DNA of 64,000 bases from Amoebophrya sp. A120 (GCA_905178155.1 CAJINV010000007.1:3143151-3207150); one strand, 5' to 3'; counted from the first letter of the stretch, positions 1-12,448 are shown. Notes: generated from the letters alone by a model not told the origin. Made by a program: numbers and translations.

Positions 1-3000
1 CCGCGGACGAGGACAGCGAGGGGAGTTTGCCGCTCCGCGACGTGTTGCGCATGCTGGAAGCGGTGTTCTGCAAGTCCGGCCCGTTGACGCAGTGGGACAT
101 CCGGGTTTTGCTGGCCCAGATGGAGTCGGAGCTGCGGTCCGACGGCATCATCCGGTCCGCAAAGCTGGTCACGAAGATTGTGCCGCCGCTCCGGCGCGTG
201 TACAACGAGTCGGTTTCGTTGAAACAAAAACAGATCGCAGCGGCGGCGGCGGCGGCACACCAGCAGCAGCAGCAGGTTGTAGACCACACGAACAATGAAG
301 AAGTGGACCAAGTGATCATCACCGCGGATCAAGTGCAGCAGATGGTGGCGTTGCTGCAAGGCCACGAGCTGACCCTGTTGCACGAGCTGATTCAGAAGAA
401 GTGCGAACCTCTGGCGGACTCCGCGCACCCGGAGTTGCTGCAACGACACCGGTTGAAATTCGTCTTGGACCAGCTGAACACCCGGATCTCGGAGCCGGAG
501 AAGTCTTTACTGCTGCAAATCATGCCCATGCGGGTGTTGTTCCGGTCCCCGGAGGAGGACAGCCCGGTCCCCGCGGACAAGAAGAAAAACAACAAGATTT
601 CCTTCGACATGTATCGTAAGGAAAAGTCCCCCCTCCCCATATCGGAAACGTACCCGTCTGAAAATTTGTGATGCGCATTTGGGACCTCAAATCCTGTCTG
701 TCTTGCCAGAAGGCAAGTCCAGAAAGCGCTCCGCATCCTGCAGGCGGTTTGTGATGCTGTTGGGCTTAGAGCATACGCGTTTGCCATGCTAGGCGCCTAC
801 GCCAACACCTCCCGACTGAGGCTTGGCATATGCCTGCAGTCGTCTCTAGCAAGACAGATCTGATTTGTGTACGCAAATCCAGCATCAGAAACTTCGTTTT
901 GATATGGGGAGGGGGGATTTTTCCTTTTGATAACATGTCACCGAAGTCCAAGGCGGACAACACGTTTCTGAACGGGTCCCTGGACAGTCCGATGGCGACC
1001 GCGAAGCCGAACAAGAAGCGGCCGGTCACCTTCATCAACTTCACGGAGTTCCACGACAATCTGGCCTACCTGCGCGCCGCGCGGACCTTCTACTGGCCGG
1101 ACAACCTGGCGCAGGTCCGCCACTCCCTGATCGAGATCGTGCGGTCGTTCAAAGCGCGGATTCCGATCTGGACCTACCGCGCGCAGGTGCTGGGGCCGTT
1201 GATGCAGCAGAAGCTGGTGTGGCTGTCCGCCGCGGAGCTGTTCGTGATCGGCTGCATGACCCCGGTCACCAAGGATGCCGGGCTGGAGTGCGGCTTCACG
1301 GACATTGAGGAGGCTATCAAATGCAAAAATGTCTGGGTCTGGAAGAGTCATGCTGTTTTTGCATGACACAGGATGTCTGTCCTGGAAGCCCTAGCATCAC
1401 AGATTTCGAGAAGCTTCCGCATTGCTTAATCGGCATTACAAATCCCCCACTTTGGTGACAGGAAATGGACACCTTTTGCTGCCTATGCATGAGAGATTTG
1501 TCTGTGTTGTGAAATGCGCATCACAAGCTCACATCCTTCCAGACCCAGACATTTTTACAATCCATAGAGGCGTTCGACATCCTCTTCTGTCTCGTGCAGC
1601 AGTGGCACGACAAGTTATCAAATGTAAAAATGTCTGGGTCTGGAAACTTGTGATGCTGGGTGGCGTCTCATGATGAGGCTACAAATGCTGGCTCAGCATG
1701 ACAAGTTTCTGAGCTCCTAGGTGTTGCCTATTCTGCATGACAAAGTGCGCTTCTGCATCACAGAAAAACGGAGCTCTTGGGTAACGTGCATGACAGATTT
1801 AAAAGTCATGCCAGACAAGCATGACAAACATGAATTCTTCCAGACCCAGACATTTTTACAGTTGATACAAGGATGCGGTCTACCAAAAGGGGGTCACCAT
1901 GGCGCTGGAGCTGGAAGCGGAGCGGAAGCGGAAGGAAATGGAGGAACTGCAGCAGTTTTCCGGTGCGAGCCCAAAAGCGAGTAACGAGGAGGCGAACCGC
2001 AAGGAGAAGTTTGTGCCGCTGGAATTGCGCGACAACCTGGAAGTGGTGGAACGAGCCCTGATGGCGCAGTTTTCGGTAGCGGATTCGGAACGGAAGGGCA
2101 TGATGCGACAGGACGAGGTGGCGGCGTTGCTGTTGGGTGATTGGGACGTGTACATCGAAGATGGCGGGTTGCTAGACAGTGAGAAGGCGGGGTATAATTT
2201 GCTTGTAGTTGTGAACAACCAGTTTTTTTAGCTTTATTTTTCCTCGGTTTCGGTTTTTGTGCACGATCGATGAAGAAAATCGAATCCGAGCTAGGTTTCT
2301 CATCGTGCCAACACTGTTTATGAGTAAATCGCAACCCCTACGTACCCCAGGTTGCTTGCCATGTGCGAGCCGGTGTTGGACGAAGATGGGAAGCAAACTT
2401 CCTACCTGCGCTACGACGAGCCGGTGAAGACCTTTTTGCCGATCTTGTTCGACATCCGGCAGAACCAGGGCTTTCGGGAGGTCCTCCAGCTGGAATCTCC
2501 CTTGGAGGAGTTGATGACGGAGGAGATCATGCAGCTGCGGCAACTCGGCCCGCTTCCGTATGAGAGTGCACAACTCCACCTCGTCCCCCTCATTTGTCAT
2601 GCAAAACCCCAAATCCAACTGTACTGCTGCCCTGTCGCACTCGCTGCATGACAGATTCTGGAAGGCCAAACAGTATGAATTTGCCATGCACAGGCTCCAC
2701 GTGTGCTGGTGATGGTGTTTGTATTGCTGCTCATGCTTTTCAAATGAGGGGGAGGGGAAGCTGTGCACTTTCATATGCCGACCCGAAAATCCACGACGGG
2801 GCGGCGCAGCCGGTTCTCGGTCGGCGCCGGCGGCGGACCGGGCCGGGTGTCCGGTGTGAGCGCTGCGGGCCGACCCTCGGCCGGGGGTCCGGGCCAGAAA
2901 AAGGGGGTGCGGAGAGTCCAGGAAATCACGATATCAAATGCAAAAATGTCTGGGTCTGGAAGATTCTGAGACTTGTCATGCATGTTTTGCATGACCCAGG

Positions 3001-3270
3001 ATGTCTGTAATGCACGACCTAGCATCACAGATTTTTAGAGGGCTTCCTGATGCCTACTTCGCATGACAAACGCACTCCTGACGCACTACTTAGCATCACA
3101 AGTTCCAACCGTCCAGACCCAGACATTTTTACAGTTGATACACGACCCGGGGCGGCAAACTGATCCCGAAGGTGATCGACATCGCGGCGTTGGTGCACGA
3201 AAGCCGGGCGGACAGGAGAAGGAGGATCGGGTCGGACGCCTGGTCGCAGTTGATTCAGAAAATCAAGTGA
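1..3270 (+). CDS. Multi-exon hypothetical protein, 5'-truncated by the window; weak resemblance to an ET/NET-like helical segment near 315-480
   Basis: Exons about <1-611, 938-1314, 1572-1615, 1873-2191, 2351-2558, 2781-2931, 3146-3270. Removing five TIR elements (each plus one TSD) and a GT-AG intron (2192-2350) joins the listed ORFs into one frame (SFDM|SPKS, IEEA|FDIL, LGPLP|TRKS, QEIT|TRGG), ending KIK-TGA. Confidence 0.8.
612..932. mobile_element. Introner/MITE-like element, family B (321 bp), forming a non-canonical intron
   Basis: TIR tatcgtaaggaaaagtcccccctccccatatc / gatatggggaggggggatttttccttttgata. Perfect 5-bp direct repeat ACATG at 607-611 and 933-937. Excision restores the frame. 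Confidence 0.93.
1315..1566. mobile_element. Introner/MITE-like element, family A (252 bp)
   Basis: TIR tatcaaatgcaaaaatgtctgggtctggaag / cttccagacccagacatttttacaatccata. TSD GAGGC at 1310-1314 and 1567-1571. Excision restores the frame (can be read GC-AG). Confidence 0.93.
1616..1867. mobile_element. Introner/MITE-like element, family A (252 bp)
   Basis: TIR tatcaaatgtaaaaatgtctgggtctggaa / ttccagacccagacatttttacagttgata. TSD CAAGT/CAAGG (4 of 5 match). Excision joins WHDK to the AVYQKGVTMALELE frame. Confidence 0.92.
2559..2775. mobile_element. Introner/MITE-like element, family C (217 bp)
   Basis: TIR tatgagagtgcacaac...ccccctcatttg / caaatgagggggag...tgtgcactttcata. TSD TTCCG/TGCCG (synonymous Leu difference). 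Colinear with the element at 52401-52618. Confidence 0.9.
2932..3140. mobile_element. Introner/MITE-like element, family A (209 bp)
   Basis: TIR tatcaaatgcaaaaatgtctgggtctgga / tccagacccagacatttttacagttgata. Perfect TSD CACGA at 2927-2931 and 3141-3145. Excision restores the frame. Confidence 0.93.
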
Positions 3271-4486
3271 AGATATTCATTGCGGAAAAATGGTGTATTT
3301 GCACCAAAAAAGAAGAAAGAAGATTCGCCAGAAGTTCTGTACAATAAAATAAAGATTTACATTTGTTATAGCACTTTGCTCGAGGTTGTGCTATTTGAAA
3401 ACCTATACGTAAAATTGAAAAAACGTTATTGTATCAAATTTCGCTTGCAGAGAAATGGAAATCTGTAAATCAGTTTTCCGCTCCTGCTCCACGAAGCTGT
3501 ATATCGTTGACGCATTGTATGAAACTTCTTTTAAAAAAGTATCAACTTTTGCTCGTATTACTAACTTCCAAGAATTTGTTGAGGCTGTACAAAAATATGA
3601 CACCAGCACACGACCAGCAAGATTGCACTTGCAATGTAGATACAAGTTGACATCGTTGAGAAGAATGTGTCTGCTTCGACGTCTTTGCTAGATGAAATTA
3701 AAGTTTGAGGATTTGTACCGTAGCGTTGACTCTAAGCGAGAATCAATGTCGTGCCGATTCTCGAAATTGTACCTGTCCTTGTCCTTTGCGGCTACCTATA
3801 AACAAACAACTATCTTACACACTCGAATTGCGCTCCTCTATTCAAAAATACCTTAACCTGTACAATTTACTCCAAAAGAACAAACAGACCCTTCTACGCC
3901 GGCGCACCACACCTGAACAGAATCTCTATTGCCCCAATCGAAAATAAGATTGCAGAACGAAAATTCAAAGAATTTAATAGCCATTTGATCTCCGTGTCCG
4001 TGTTTGTCGACAAATCGTGTCAACAGCGTGTTTCTGGGAATTCTGAAGACAGCTCGAAATAACAACCGTGCTGCTATGGATCAAAAGAAGGCCATCCCAA
4101 AAATTTGCAAAAGGCACAGCTTTCTGGATCAAAAACGCAGCTGAATTTTGATTTTTTTTTTGTGCATCACTACAAGCAACCGAATTATTTGATGTTACAA
4201 GGACCCATTTGCTGGATCAATTTTACGCTCTCGCCTGAATTAGACCCAAACAACCCACAGGAGTGAAACAACATTTGAAGCGCCAAGAACAAGTCATGTT
4301 TTACGGAGCGGTTTTATTCAGTTCCAGCATGTCCACCTGGACGTTTTTCAGCCCTCCTGTGTAGAAGCCGCGCTCGTTTTACTTATTTTTCGAGCAGTGG
4401 CGTTACTTGTATTTCACTACCCTCTCCCCCTCGTTCTTTCCCAGGACGACGACTTTCAGCGACTTTTCCCCATCCGAAAAAAAATC

Positions 4487-6719
4487 ATGACTGAACTGGA
4501 CGACGAGCTGGCTGCGATCCGGGCGAAGCGGCAAAAGGCCCAGGAGACCCAGCAGACCGCCATGTTCACCATTTTGCAGAAGAAGCGCGAGATGGAGGGC
4601 GAGGACCCCGCGGTGTTGGAGGCCAACGCCAAAAGGTTCAAGTCAGCGACGGGCTACGGGCAAAACCCGCCCGAGCCGGTAAAAAAGCACCCGACCGCCT
4701 GGCCCGGCGGGGTGCACCCGGCCATCGCGAGCGTACCGCTGGCCGCCGGCCTGCCGCATTTGACGGAGGAGGAGCGGGCGCAGGGCAAGAAGCTCCTATC
4801 AACTGTAAAAATGTCTGGGTCTGGAAGAGTGCCAGACGTGTCATGCAGGTTTTCCATGACCGATGAGGTCTGGTGTGTAGGACAGAGCATGACAGATTCT
4901 GCGAGAGTTCTATCATGCCTATCCTGCATGAGAAACTGCCTCTCGACTAGGTCAGAAGTTGACAGCTTTTGGCAATCATGCAACACAGATCTTTACATAA
5001 TTCAGATTTAGCATGACAAGTTGCATTCTTCCAGACCCAGACATTTTTGCATTTGATAGCTCCCCACCGACGACGACATGATCCACAGCCAGTACGACGC
5101 GCTGGCCAGGTACGGCGAGAAGGCGGTCACCGGGAACGCGATCGTGCCCGTGGTGGACGGGAACGGGACCGCGGTGGAGGAGTGGCTTACCACCGGGTTT
5201 CAGGCGCAACTGCGCAAGATGGAATCCGCGACCAATTTCAAGCACGGCATGAAGATTATCGAGAAGATCTGGATCCACCGGCACCGGCACATCCCCTACA
5301 AGGAACAGATCCAGCTCTACTCCATCCTGTTCACCAAACCCCTGACGCAGGACCTCATCGTTCACATCGACAAGGCGGGCGGCGACCAGGAGAAAAACGA
5401 CCGGTTTCGGGTCATTCCGAAGCGACTCGTGCAAGACCGGGCACGGCCCACCAGCGTGATGAAGATAAGAAACCGACCACCGGACAAGTTTATCCCCAAT
5501 GTGCCGGAGTGGATCGACGTCATGCACCTCATGAAGCCCATTGAGATCGGGTTGACGCAGAATTTGAAAGAAAAAACCACGGCCGACTTGATCAAAGCAC
5601 TCTACGCGGTGGTGAAGGTACTGATAGGGTTGATGATTTTATTGCGTTTTTGCATCGTGTCATGCGAAGAGGCCAGCACAGGCTGGGCTAGTATGTTGCG
5701 AATTCATTCGGTCCTCGCATGCATGATTTAGATAAGTAAAAGTTCTTCCTTGCACAAATTGAATTTCAGGTCCACCTTCTGGATGTGCCGTTTCAAAATC
5801 GAGCGACCTTCGAGCCAACCAGCGGCGAGAAGAACTGCATGCTGAAGCTCCAAGAGATGCTGAAAAGCAAAACCGCGGCAAATGGCGACGAGCTGAAAAC
5901 CCTGAGTGCCAAGGTGATCTGCATGTTGCTGTACAGCAACAGTCTGATCGCGAACCCGAATTTCATCTCAAATGTCGGCGCGTTGCAGAAATTGGCTCTG
6001 GACAAGGGACTGATAAGGTATATAGTACCTCAATGTTACTGCTTGCCTTTCGATCTTCCTATGTTGATCCGTTGTGTTTTTCGTCCCATTGCACATAATT
6101 GCAATTGCTCGTTGCAGAAGCAGCTTCATGTTGTCCGTTTGTTATTTATTTCATACAGTGTTCATTATTTCAATCTGAAACCAACAGAACCTTGTACCAC
6201 GACGTCGTCCGCGGGCAGCAGATTGCAGACATGGAATCTGCGCAGGTGTGCGAGCTGGCCTATGCCGTGGCGAAGTTTAATCAGCTGTACACACAAACGC
6301 TGGCCAGCAAGAACGATCTGTCCGCCGCCGCCGGGCTGGGGATTGCGCACCGGGAACCGGTGGAGGAGCAGGTGTTCAACAAGATCTCCGAGAAGATCCA
6401 GATGAGCAAGGACTCCATCAGTTTGAAGCATTTGGCGGACATTGTGTCGGTGTACGCCCTGTTCGGGCTGAAGGACGAGCAGTTGTTCCACTCCCTCGCG
6501 CCCATTTTCCTGACGGAAAAGGCCAAAGGAAAGCTGAACGACTTCGACTTCCAGCAAACGCTGAAGGCCTACATCAAGTTCAACCTGCCGCTCCGGGAGG
6601 AGGCGCAGGGCTTCCGGAACATCGCGGTCATCGGCAAGGGCGACTTTACCCGGCCCAGCGACAAACCAAAAAAGGAAAAGTTCGCCTACCACAGGCCGGA
6701 GCCGCTGCAGGACAGATGA
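4487..6719 (+). CDS. Hypothetical protein with C-terminal helical repeats (HPR/RAP-associated-like), possibly organellar RNA-binding
   Basis: Exons 4487-4796, 5064-5617, 5770-6017, 6188-6719 (one introner plus two GT-AG introns) give a continuous frame (KKL|PTDDD, VVK|VHLL, LIR|TLYH). The segment LKHLADIVSVYALFGLKDEQLFHSLA resembles helical repeats. Function is tentative. Confidence 0.7.
4797..5058. mobile_element. Introner/MITE-like element, family A (262 bp)
   Basis: TIR tatcaactgtaaaaatgtctgggtctggaaga / tcttccagacccagacatttttgcatttgata. Perfect TSD GCTCC. Same length as, and colinear with, 51206-51467. Confidence 0.94.
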
Positions 6720-7440
6720 GGCCGCGTTTGGTGGTGGTCGGCAGGCAAGCAGTTCTTGGCGCGGAGTGGCTTATTTGGTTTTCGACGATGAAGACGAAGA
6801 CCCGGTGCCATTTCGTTCCTGTGTAGATAGTCCTCTGCTCCGCACATCAGTATCAGACGACTGCAGTTCTGTATTACGGAACAGTGAATGTTGTTGGAAA
6901 AACTACGCGATTTATCAGAAGCAATGCGTCGCCAGCTGTGATTTCTACAGCAGTTTTCACTGAGGAGTTCTTGCTCTGTGTTCCTACTCGTGCTTGATGT
7001 TTACCCGATATCCTGGATCTCTGCGGAGTATTTGCAGCTTTTTCAGTACACAATGCTATATTGTTCATCTGCTGTTCAAATTCACTGCGGTAAGGGACCT
7101 CCTGCGGCGCTGCGCGCGAGCCCAGGACGCGGCTGCCCCGGCATCTGGTGGTAACGCGAACGCCCGCCGTCGCCGGGGCGACGAGGCGCATCTCGGGCGG
7201 ACCGGCGGGGCGTGTCCTTTTTCAGTTCGCAGCCTGACAGCATACGCCGTCTGCTTTCGTTAGCGGTCAAGCGGGATGTTCGTTTGTACTTACCAATCTG
7301 GAAGGCAAGGTTTTTTAGCGCTCTCTGAAGAGTACACTTGAAATACTCGGCGTCTCTACTACACTAAGCCGCAGTCCGCGCAGCTCTTACTGCGACTGAA
7401 ACAGTTCAAGCACATTTCGTCTACGAGAAGTATCAACTAA

Positions 7441-8217
7441 ATGTCCCCGCTTCCCGTCTCAGAGCCCGCACTCACCACGTTCCCTAGCGACGACGAACTT
7501 TTCGCAGCGGACAACTCCCCGCTTGCACCCAGTTTCGGAACCGCTGCCGTCCGCGCATCTGCTGAGAGCCAACATATCGATACTCGCCCCCCTGACATCC
7601 TCCAGCAGAATGCGGTGTCGGACGAGAGGTATAGTCGCAGTCTTCCAGAAGTACCTGCTGTAACTGCTTCCGGTGCTGGCCAGGTTCTAGTTGACGACCA
7701 GCAATCTTATCCTGCGCCAGGAGTGACACAACGGCAACCGCAACCGCACCCATCGAAAAATGTCCAGAAGCTCGCGGAGGTGCTTTTTCAGAAGCTAGAC
7801 CGCGCGAGGCGGGAGAACGCCAGCCTCGCGCTGCTTCTTCTCACCGATAGAATCCGGGTGTGCAGGGAAAGGAGGCTCCGAGAAGGGTTCGGTCGGATTT
7901 TACTCTATAGCCGTGGCTCTCCTGCTCTAGCTGCGTTCACCTCGTCGAGCACGGATTCTTTCTGCAAAGAGGAGCGAAGAAATCTTGGCAAAGTCGTGCC
8001 AGGGCGGGCGCCAGATGGGGGTGTACAACGACTGACGGATGAAGCAGACATGAACACCGACGTGGAAATGCAGGACGGCACCGAGACGAGAAGCACGACC
8101 TGCGACTCCCTGCAGTTAATGGACAAACTGACGAAGTTAGTGGACGGGTTCTCCGAAGAACTGACCGAGTATCGCTATTTGAACAAGAACACAGCGGGTT
8201 TTGGTGGGAGACGCTGA
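7441..8217 (+). CDS. Hypothetical protein (probably the 5' exon of a longer gene that may continue to about 10219)
   Basis: 258-aa ATG-started ORF with a helical, charged central part. No family recognised, and the 3' boundary is uncertain. Confidence 0.5.
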   Translation: MSPLPVSEPALTTFPSDDELFAADNSPLAPSFGTAAVRASAESQHIDTRPPDILQQNAVSDERYSRSLPEVPAVTASGAGQVLVDDQQSYPAPGVTQRQPQPHPSKNVQKLAEVLFQKLDRARRENASLALLLLTDRIRVCRERRLREGFGRILLYSRGSPALAAFTSSSTDSFCKEERRNLGKVVPGRAPDGGVQRLTDEADMNTDVEMQDGTETRSTTCDSLQLMDKLTKLVDGFSEELTEYRYLNKNTAGFGGRR

Positions 8218-9337
8218 GGATAATGAGAGCCAAAGCGCTTATTTCTCACGTAGAAAATAAAGTTGGACAAAAAGCTGCAGTGTTGAGTCGCACAACAAAT
8301 TTTGAAATTTGAAATGAAAGCGAAAATGTGGATCAATTCGTACTGCTTGGAAGTGTTTTCCAAGAAGAATCAATTTGCTTTCCTGTGTAAAGAAAAAGAA
8401 ATACTGGAGACGGCGAGCGCCAGCGGAAATAGTATACGGGAGGGCGGCATGCTTGATTTTTCAAAACTTGGCCGTGGCAGCTGCCCAGCCTGGCCCGGCG
8501 ATTCTCGGCTCACTGCGTGCCTTCTGTGCGCGGTCAACATGCGGGTTTTCGCTTGCTTGCTTCCGGCGAATGCACGTCCGTGTTGTGTGCTGCTATCCGG
8601 CAATGCCTTTCCCGGCTATCCGTTCGTAATTCAGCTCGAGCTATTTTTACTGCAGGCGTCTCTCTCGTTGAGGCCGTGTACGCGCTGAGGCGGGAATTTT
8701 AGGATACAGCTTTGGAGAGTTGTCCTGTATCATAGCCACATTGTTTTATTGAGGGCAACTCTCTGCACTCAGTCTCTATTCTTGTATGGCCATGTTTTCG
8801 AAGTAGGCCTCTGCTCTTCTGCTTCTGGTTTGCCTCACACGTCGCTGTTCGTGAAAAAAGACATTCGTATTCTTTTACCGGGCGCGGTGCTTTCGTCAGA
8901 GAGGACACAGAAAATACTGCTACAAACTATACATAGGTGAAGAATAAATATAAACATAAACTACGTGGTTGATAGAAGTTGTGCAACATTGAATAGTCTA
9001 CCTCGTAGACAAAGCACATTTTTGATCTGGAACAACAGAGAGAAGGGGGTCGTCTTCAATACATGTCCCCAAAGTGCCGGATCGTGGCTAGTGACGTGAA
9101 ATACCCTCGTCGAAAAATTGAAACCGGTATGCGTTAGTCCGTCAGCTCTGCGTCTATACGTTGCAACTGCGAAAGTCACGGAAAGCAAATGCGAGCTGTC
9201 TGACTCTGGACAGAAACTGTTTTGAGACTGCAGCACTAGAAATCGTTCAAATGTTAACTTGCGAACAATTTCTCCAAATCAGTTTTTTTTTTCGTACCGG
9301 AAAACTATCTGTTTCTGTGCTGCTCGCTGCAACGTAG

Positions 9338-10219
9338 TCGAGCAAGCCGAAATAAGAGAGATGACGCGTATCAAATCGAAGTGCGGGAAGCGCTTGAACG
9401 TGTCGGCGCAGTTGCTGGCCTTGCCGCTGACCGCGCCGGGGGAAGATCATCTGAGTAAGTATTTTTTCAGACGTCATGCGATGTTTTTGTTTTTGAGGAT
9501 GCAGTTCCTGGCTATCTATGGAAGTGCCGAGTTGAATGATTCCAATGGAGGAAGCGTGCAATATTTCGGAAATACATTATACATGTTCCAAATATCATGA
9601 ATGTTACCAAACTGAAAAAAAATCAGCGTGGTGCGTCAATGCGTACGAGAACTTGCGTGGTACGCAGAACATCCCCCCCCCCCCCCCGAGGATGAGGACG
9701 AGCAAACTGGCATTCCGTTGAGCGATGTGGTGCATGCGGATGGCTCGGTATTGGAACTAGATACTGTTTGTTGGTTGCTTCGTCTTGTGTTGTATGAGCA
9801 TGACCTTCTCGACGTTGATGTGGAGAAAGAAGTAAACAACGACGTATAAGAACCAACGTAACCACAAACAGATGTCTGTCTTGGAGAAGGAAACAGTCGT
9901 GAAAACCGGGAAGGAGAAGATGGTGGAACACCAGGAGAAGCGAGCCCCGGACGCGAGTACCGCAACCATAGAAGAGATTCAGAACCACGTCAGAAAGCTC
10001 GCAAACGAGAGCTACCGGTGGGAGCTGGAGGACTTTGACTTCGTGGAGGCTTTACTTGAACGTGCTGAGCCGCTCCGCCGTAGCCGTTGGGCCGATGACC
10101 GGGGGAGCCAGGCGAGCCACGTCGATGCCTATGCCGCGCGCATCATCTCCGCTGCAGACTTGGCGTTGCAGTATTACCACCGCCTCCACGACAACGAGGA
10201 AAGCGAGATCGAGCACTGA
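9338..10219 (+). CDS. 3' exons of a hypothetical protein
   Basis: Exons about 9338-9454, 9627-9747, 9872-10219 joined by GT-AG introns read QIEVREALERVG...RSSD|VVRQCVRELAWYAEHPPPPPED...DGS|MSVLEKE...EIEH*. The upstream exon is not fixed. Confidence 0.55.
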
Positions 10220-11476
10220 ACAGAGGAGGCCCCCAAAGTGACGGGTATTCGGGAGAATGAACCATTTTTATAGTTTTTGATTTTGCATGATTTAGGTTAT
10301 TACTTTTCTATGCCTTTTATGTTGTATTTCTCTGAGTACTGGACTGTAAGACTGAGCTGCATCTTTCACAGTTGAGTTACAACCGCTCCAGTCTTAAGTC
10401 CAGAGCAGCAGCGTTCCAGCCCGTACCTAAAAGCTTTCTTGTTTGTGTGCAAGAAGTCCTGTGACCGTTATTAACATATAATGCGATGCAGCGTTTTTCG
10501 CATGAAGAAGTCGCACATCCTGTACCAGCGAATGCGAGAGAAGAGAATTTTTATTTCGCAAAGTCGTGCTGCTCGCTAGGGGTAGGGAACCACATACGGT
10601 TTGCAGTAGTGAAAATCACTGCCGCTGTTCCGTATTGGAAGATTAATTAATACGAGGTTTGTAAATGGTGCGCAAATAATATGCCGGCTCTATCGATATT
10701 TTTATTTTTCTACTTTCCGCGTCTTCCGCTGTTGTGTTTGTAGTTGTACACAGAAACTACGATCGGAGCATCTTGGTATAGGTTTACCTTTACCCGTATG
10801 TTGTCCACAAGATTTGCATTGAAAATAAAAATATGTATGTAACAGATGACCATGAAACAGCAGCTGCAGTACCTTTTACTGTCGAAGATGGATGATGAAA
10901 ATGCGGTTACGCTGAGTGAAAACTTTTTCCGGGGAGGGATACTTTGTATCACCCAGAAACAAAATTTAACTAGCAATAGACACCATCTTTAAACTTTAGA
11001 CCGTCAGCACGTTCAAATTATAACAGCCTACTCGCATTCGGTTTTGACTTTTTACTACAGCAACAGACTTCCCAGTTAAACTTCAGACTTTTTAATACTC
11101 TTACTCGATCTGCCTATACTACTTAGATAGGCCGTGTGCAAACACGAAACTCGTTTAGAAAGCCGAACCCAAAATTTCCTCTGACCCGCAGATATGTGGC
11201 AACCGTATCCATTTGTCAAAATGATAGAGTTGCTGCTGTTCTGCTTATTTGGGTCGTAGCTGCCTATGCTCCTCGTAGAAAAGCTTTATGTTGTTTCTGG
11301 TAACTAGCAGGGCGCTCGCATCCGAAAGAGCAAAGATCTCTATGGGGATTTAAAAGGCTCGTGGTATGATTTCCCACATTTTCCATTTCGTCGTACTACG
11401 TCAAATTACATTATAAATTACCACTGAGAATGATACGAAAATTTCACACCGAGCAAGATTTCTGAACCGAAAAGTG

Positions 11477-12137
11477 ATGCCGCCTCGAAAAAAGAATAAA
11501 AGTAGGAATCTTTTTTTCTTTACCTCTGTAGTGTGAAAATAAGCTGACGACGCCGAGAAGGGCGAGAACAGCAACAAGAACTTGCGGGAGGCAAGAATTC
11601 TTATGCTCGCAGATATTGGTATCAAAGATCAAAAGGTGATCATGTATATGAGAAGTTTCCAAAAATTGAGATCTCAACAATGCCCGGCATTAGTCACTCG
11701 ACACCACAGGGCAAGCGCAAAAAGTGTCTTGCAGTGCGGCTGACTTGATATGGGCGAAATCTTGTTGTTCGCATTTGAAGCGGAGTGCCGCAACAGCAAG
11801 AACAAAATGAATTAGGAACTCAAATGAAATCAGTTCAGATTTCTATCGCATGCAACGTTCTTTCCGAGTGAAGAATGTGAAAGTCTGGAGAGAATCGGAA
11901 GAAAATTCTGTTTCGGTTGGTTATGAAGCAAACGTGATCAACCGTTGTCCTCGCAGATCGACCACAAAATGTCACTCTGAAGAGAAAGATCATACTATGT
12001 TCGAAATCGAAATGCAGAATCAGCAATTTCCACGATCGTCTTGGCCTCTTTCGATGCTGATCGAACCGATTTTTATTCCTGGCTCGAAGTCGAATTGGTA
12101 TTCGCTGAAATTGGTATTCGCTGCAGCAAGCTTGTGA
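11477..12137 (+). CDS. Possible small spliced hypothetical protein
   Basis: ATG 11477 MPPRKKNK, a short GT-AG intron (11502-11543), then TDDAEKGENSNKNLREARILMLADIG. Downstream exons are ambiguous. Confidence 0.3.
12093..12123. repeat. Tandem duplication of aattggtattcgctg (period 16)
   Basis: Identical 15-mers at 12093-12107 and 12109-12123. Confidence 0.8.
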
Positions 12138-12448
12138 TACCACATAACAGTTTTTGCACCAGAAGTTATTGAAAAGAATCTATCATATATCTTTGCGCAA
12201 CCAACACCAACACGTTTTTAATTATGTGAAAAAATTCACAAGATGTAGCACGCTTATTCAAGAACATCCCTCACTGTAATTGGATCGGTAAACAAACCAC
12301 GGAAGCTACGAACTTGAAAAACAAGTTTGGCCGATCATCCATACCCAATTACGCAATCATTGATAACCCGTGAGTGTCGGATTTCATTTGCTTGCTTGTC
12401 GCACACCCGTAAACCAATATTTTCGACGCATACTTCTAAAGCAAGACA

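Noticed and set aside
609-934. AT-AC reading of the family B intron, suggesting a U12-type intron
   Set aside because: It lacks the ATATCCTT donor and TCCTTAAC branch consensus. It arises by chance from TSD ACATG and is not shared by the sister copy at 41053.
1315-1366. Recurring peptide motifs KCKNVWVWK / KMSGSGR / LPDPDIF / QTQTFLQ in many ORFs
   Set aside because: These are translations of the family A TIR in different frames, not a protein domain.
2189-2351. Inverted ggggta/tacccc at the ends of intron 2192-2350
   Set aside because: Only 6 bp, with no TSD and no internal motif array. The intron is ordinary GT-AG.
3977-3992. tagccattt, resembling part of the dinoflagellate spliced leader
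   Set aside because: Only about 9 nt match and the TTGGCTCAAG end is absent, so chance is expected.
1315-5058. Roughly 30-bp repeats with intervening unique sequence, superficially CRISPR-like
   Set aside because: The repeats come in inverted pairs with TSDs, spacing is irregular, the context is eukaryotic and no cas genes are present.
7090-7210. GC-rich patch upstream of ORF 7441
   Set aside because: Could be a 5' exon or promoter element, but I could not build a consistent spliced frame or RNA structure.
9673-9687. C15 homopolymer
   Set aside because: In frame as a poly-Pro stretch (HPPPPPE) in a predicted exon, with no evidence of phase variation.
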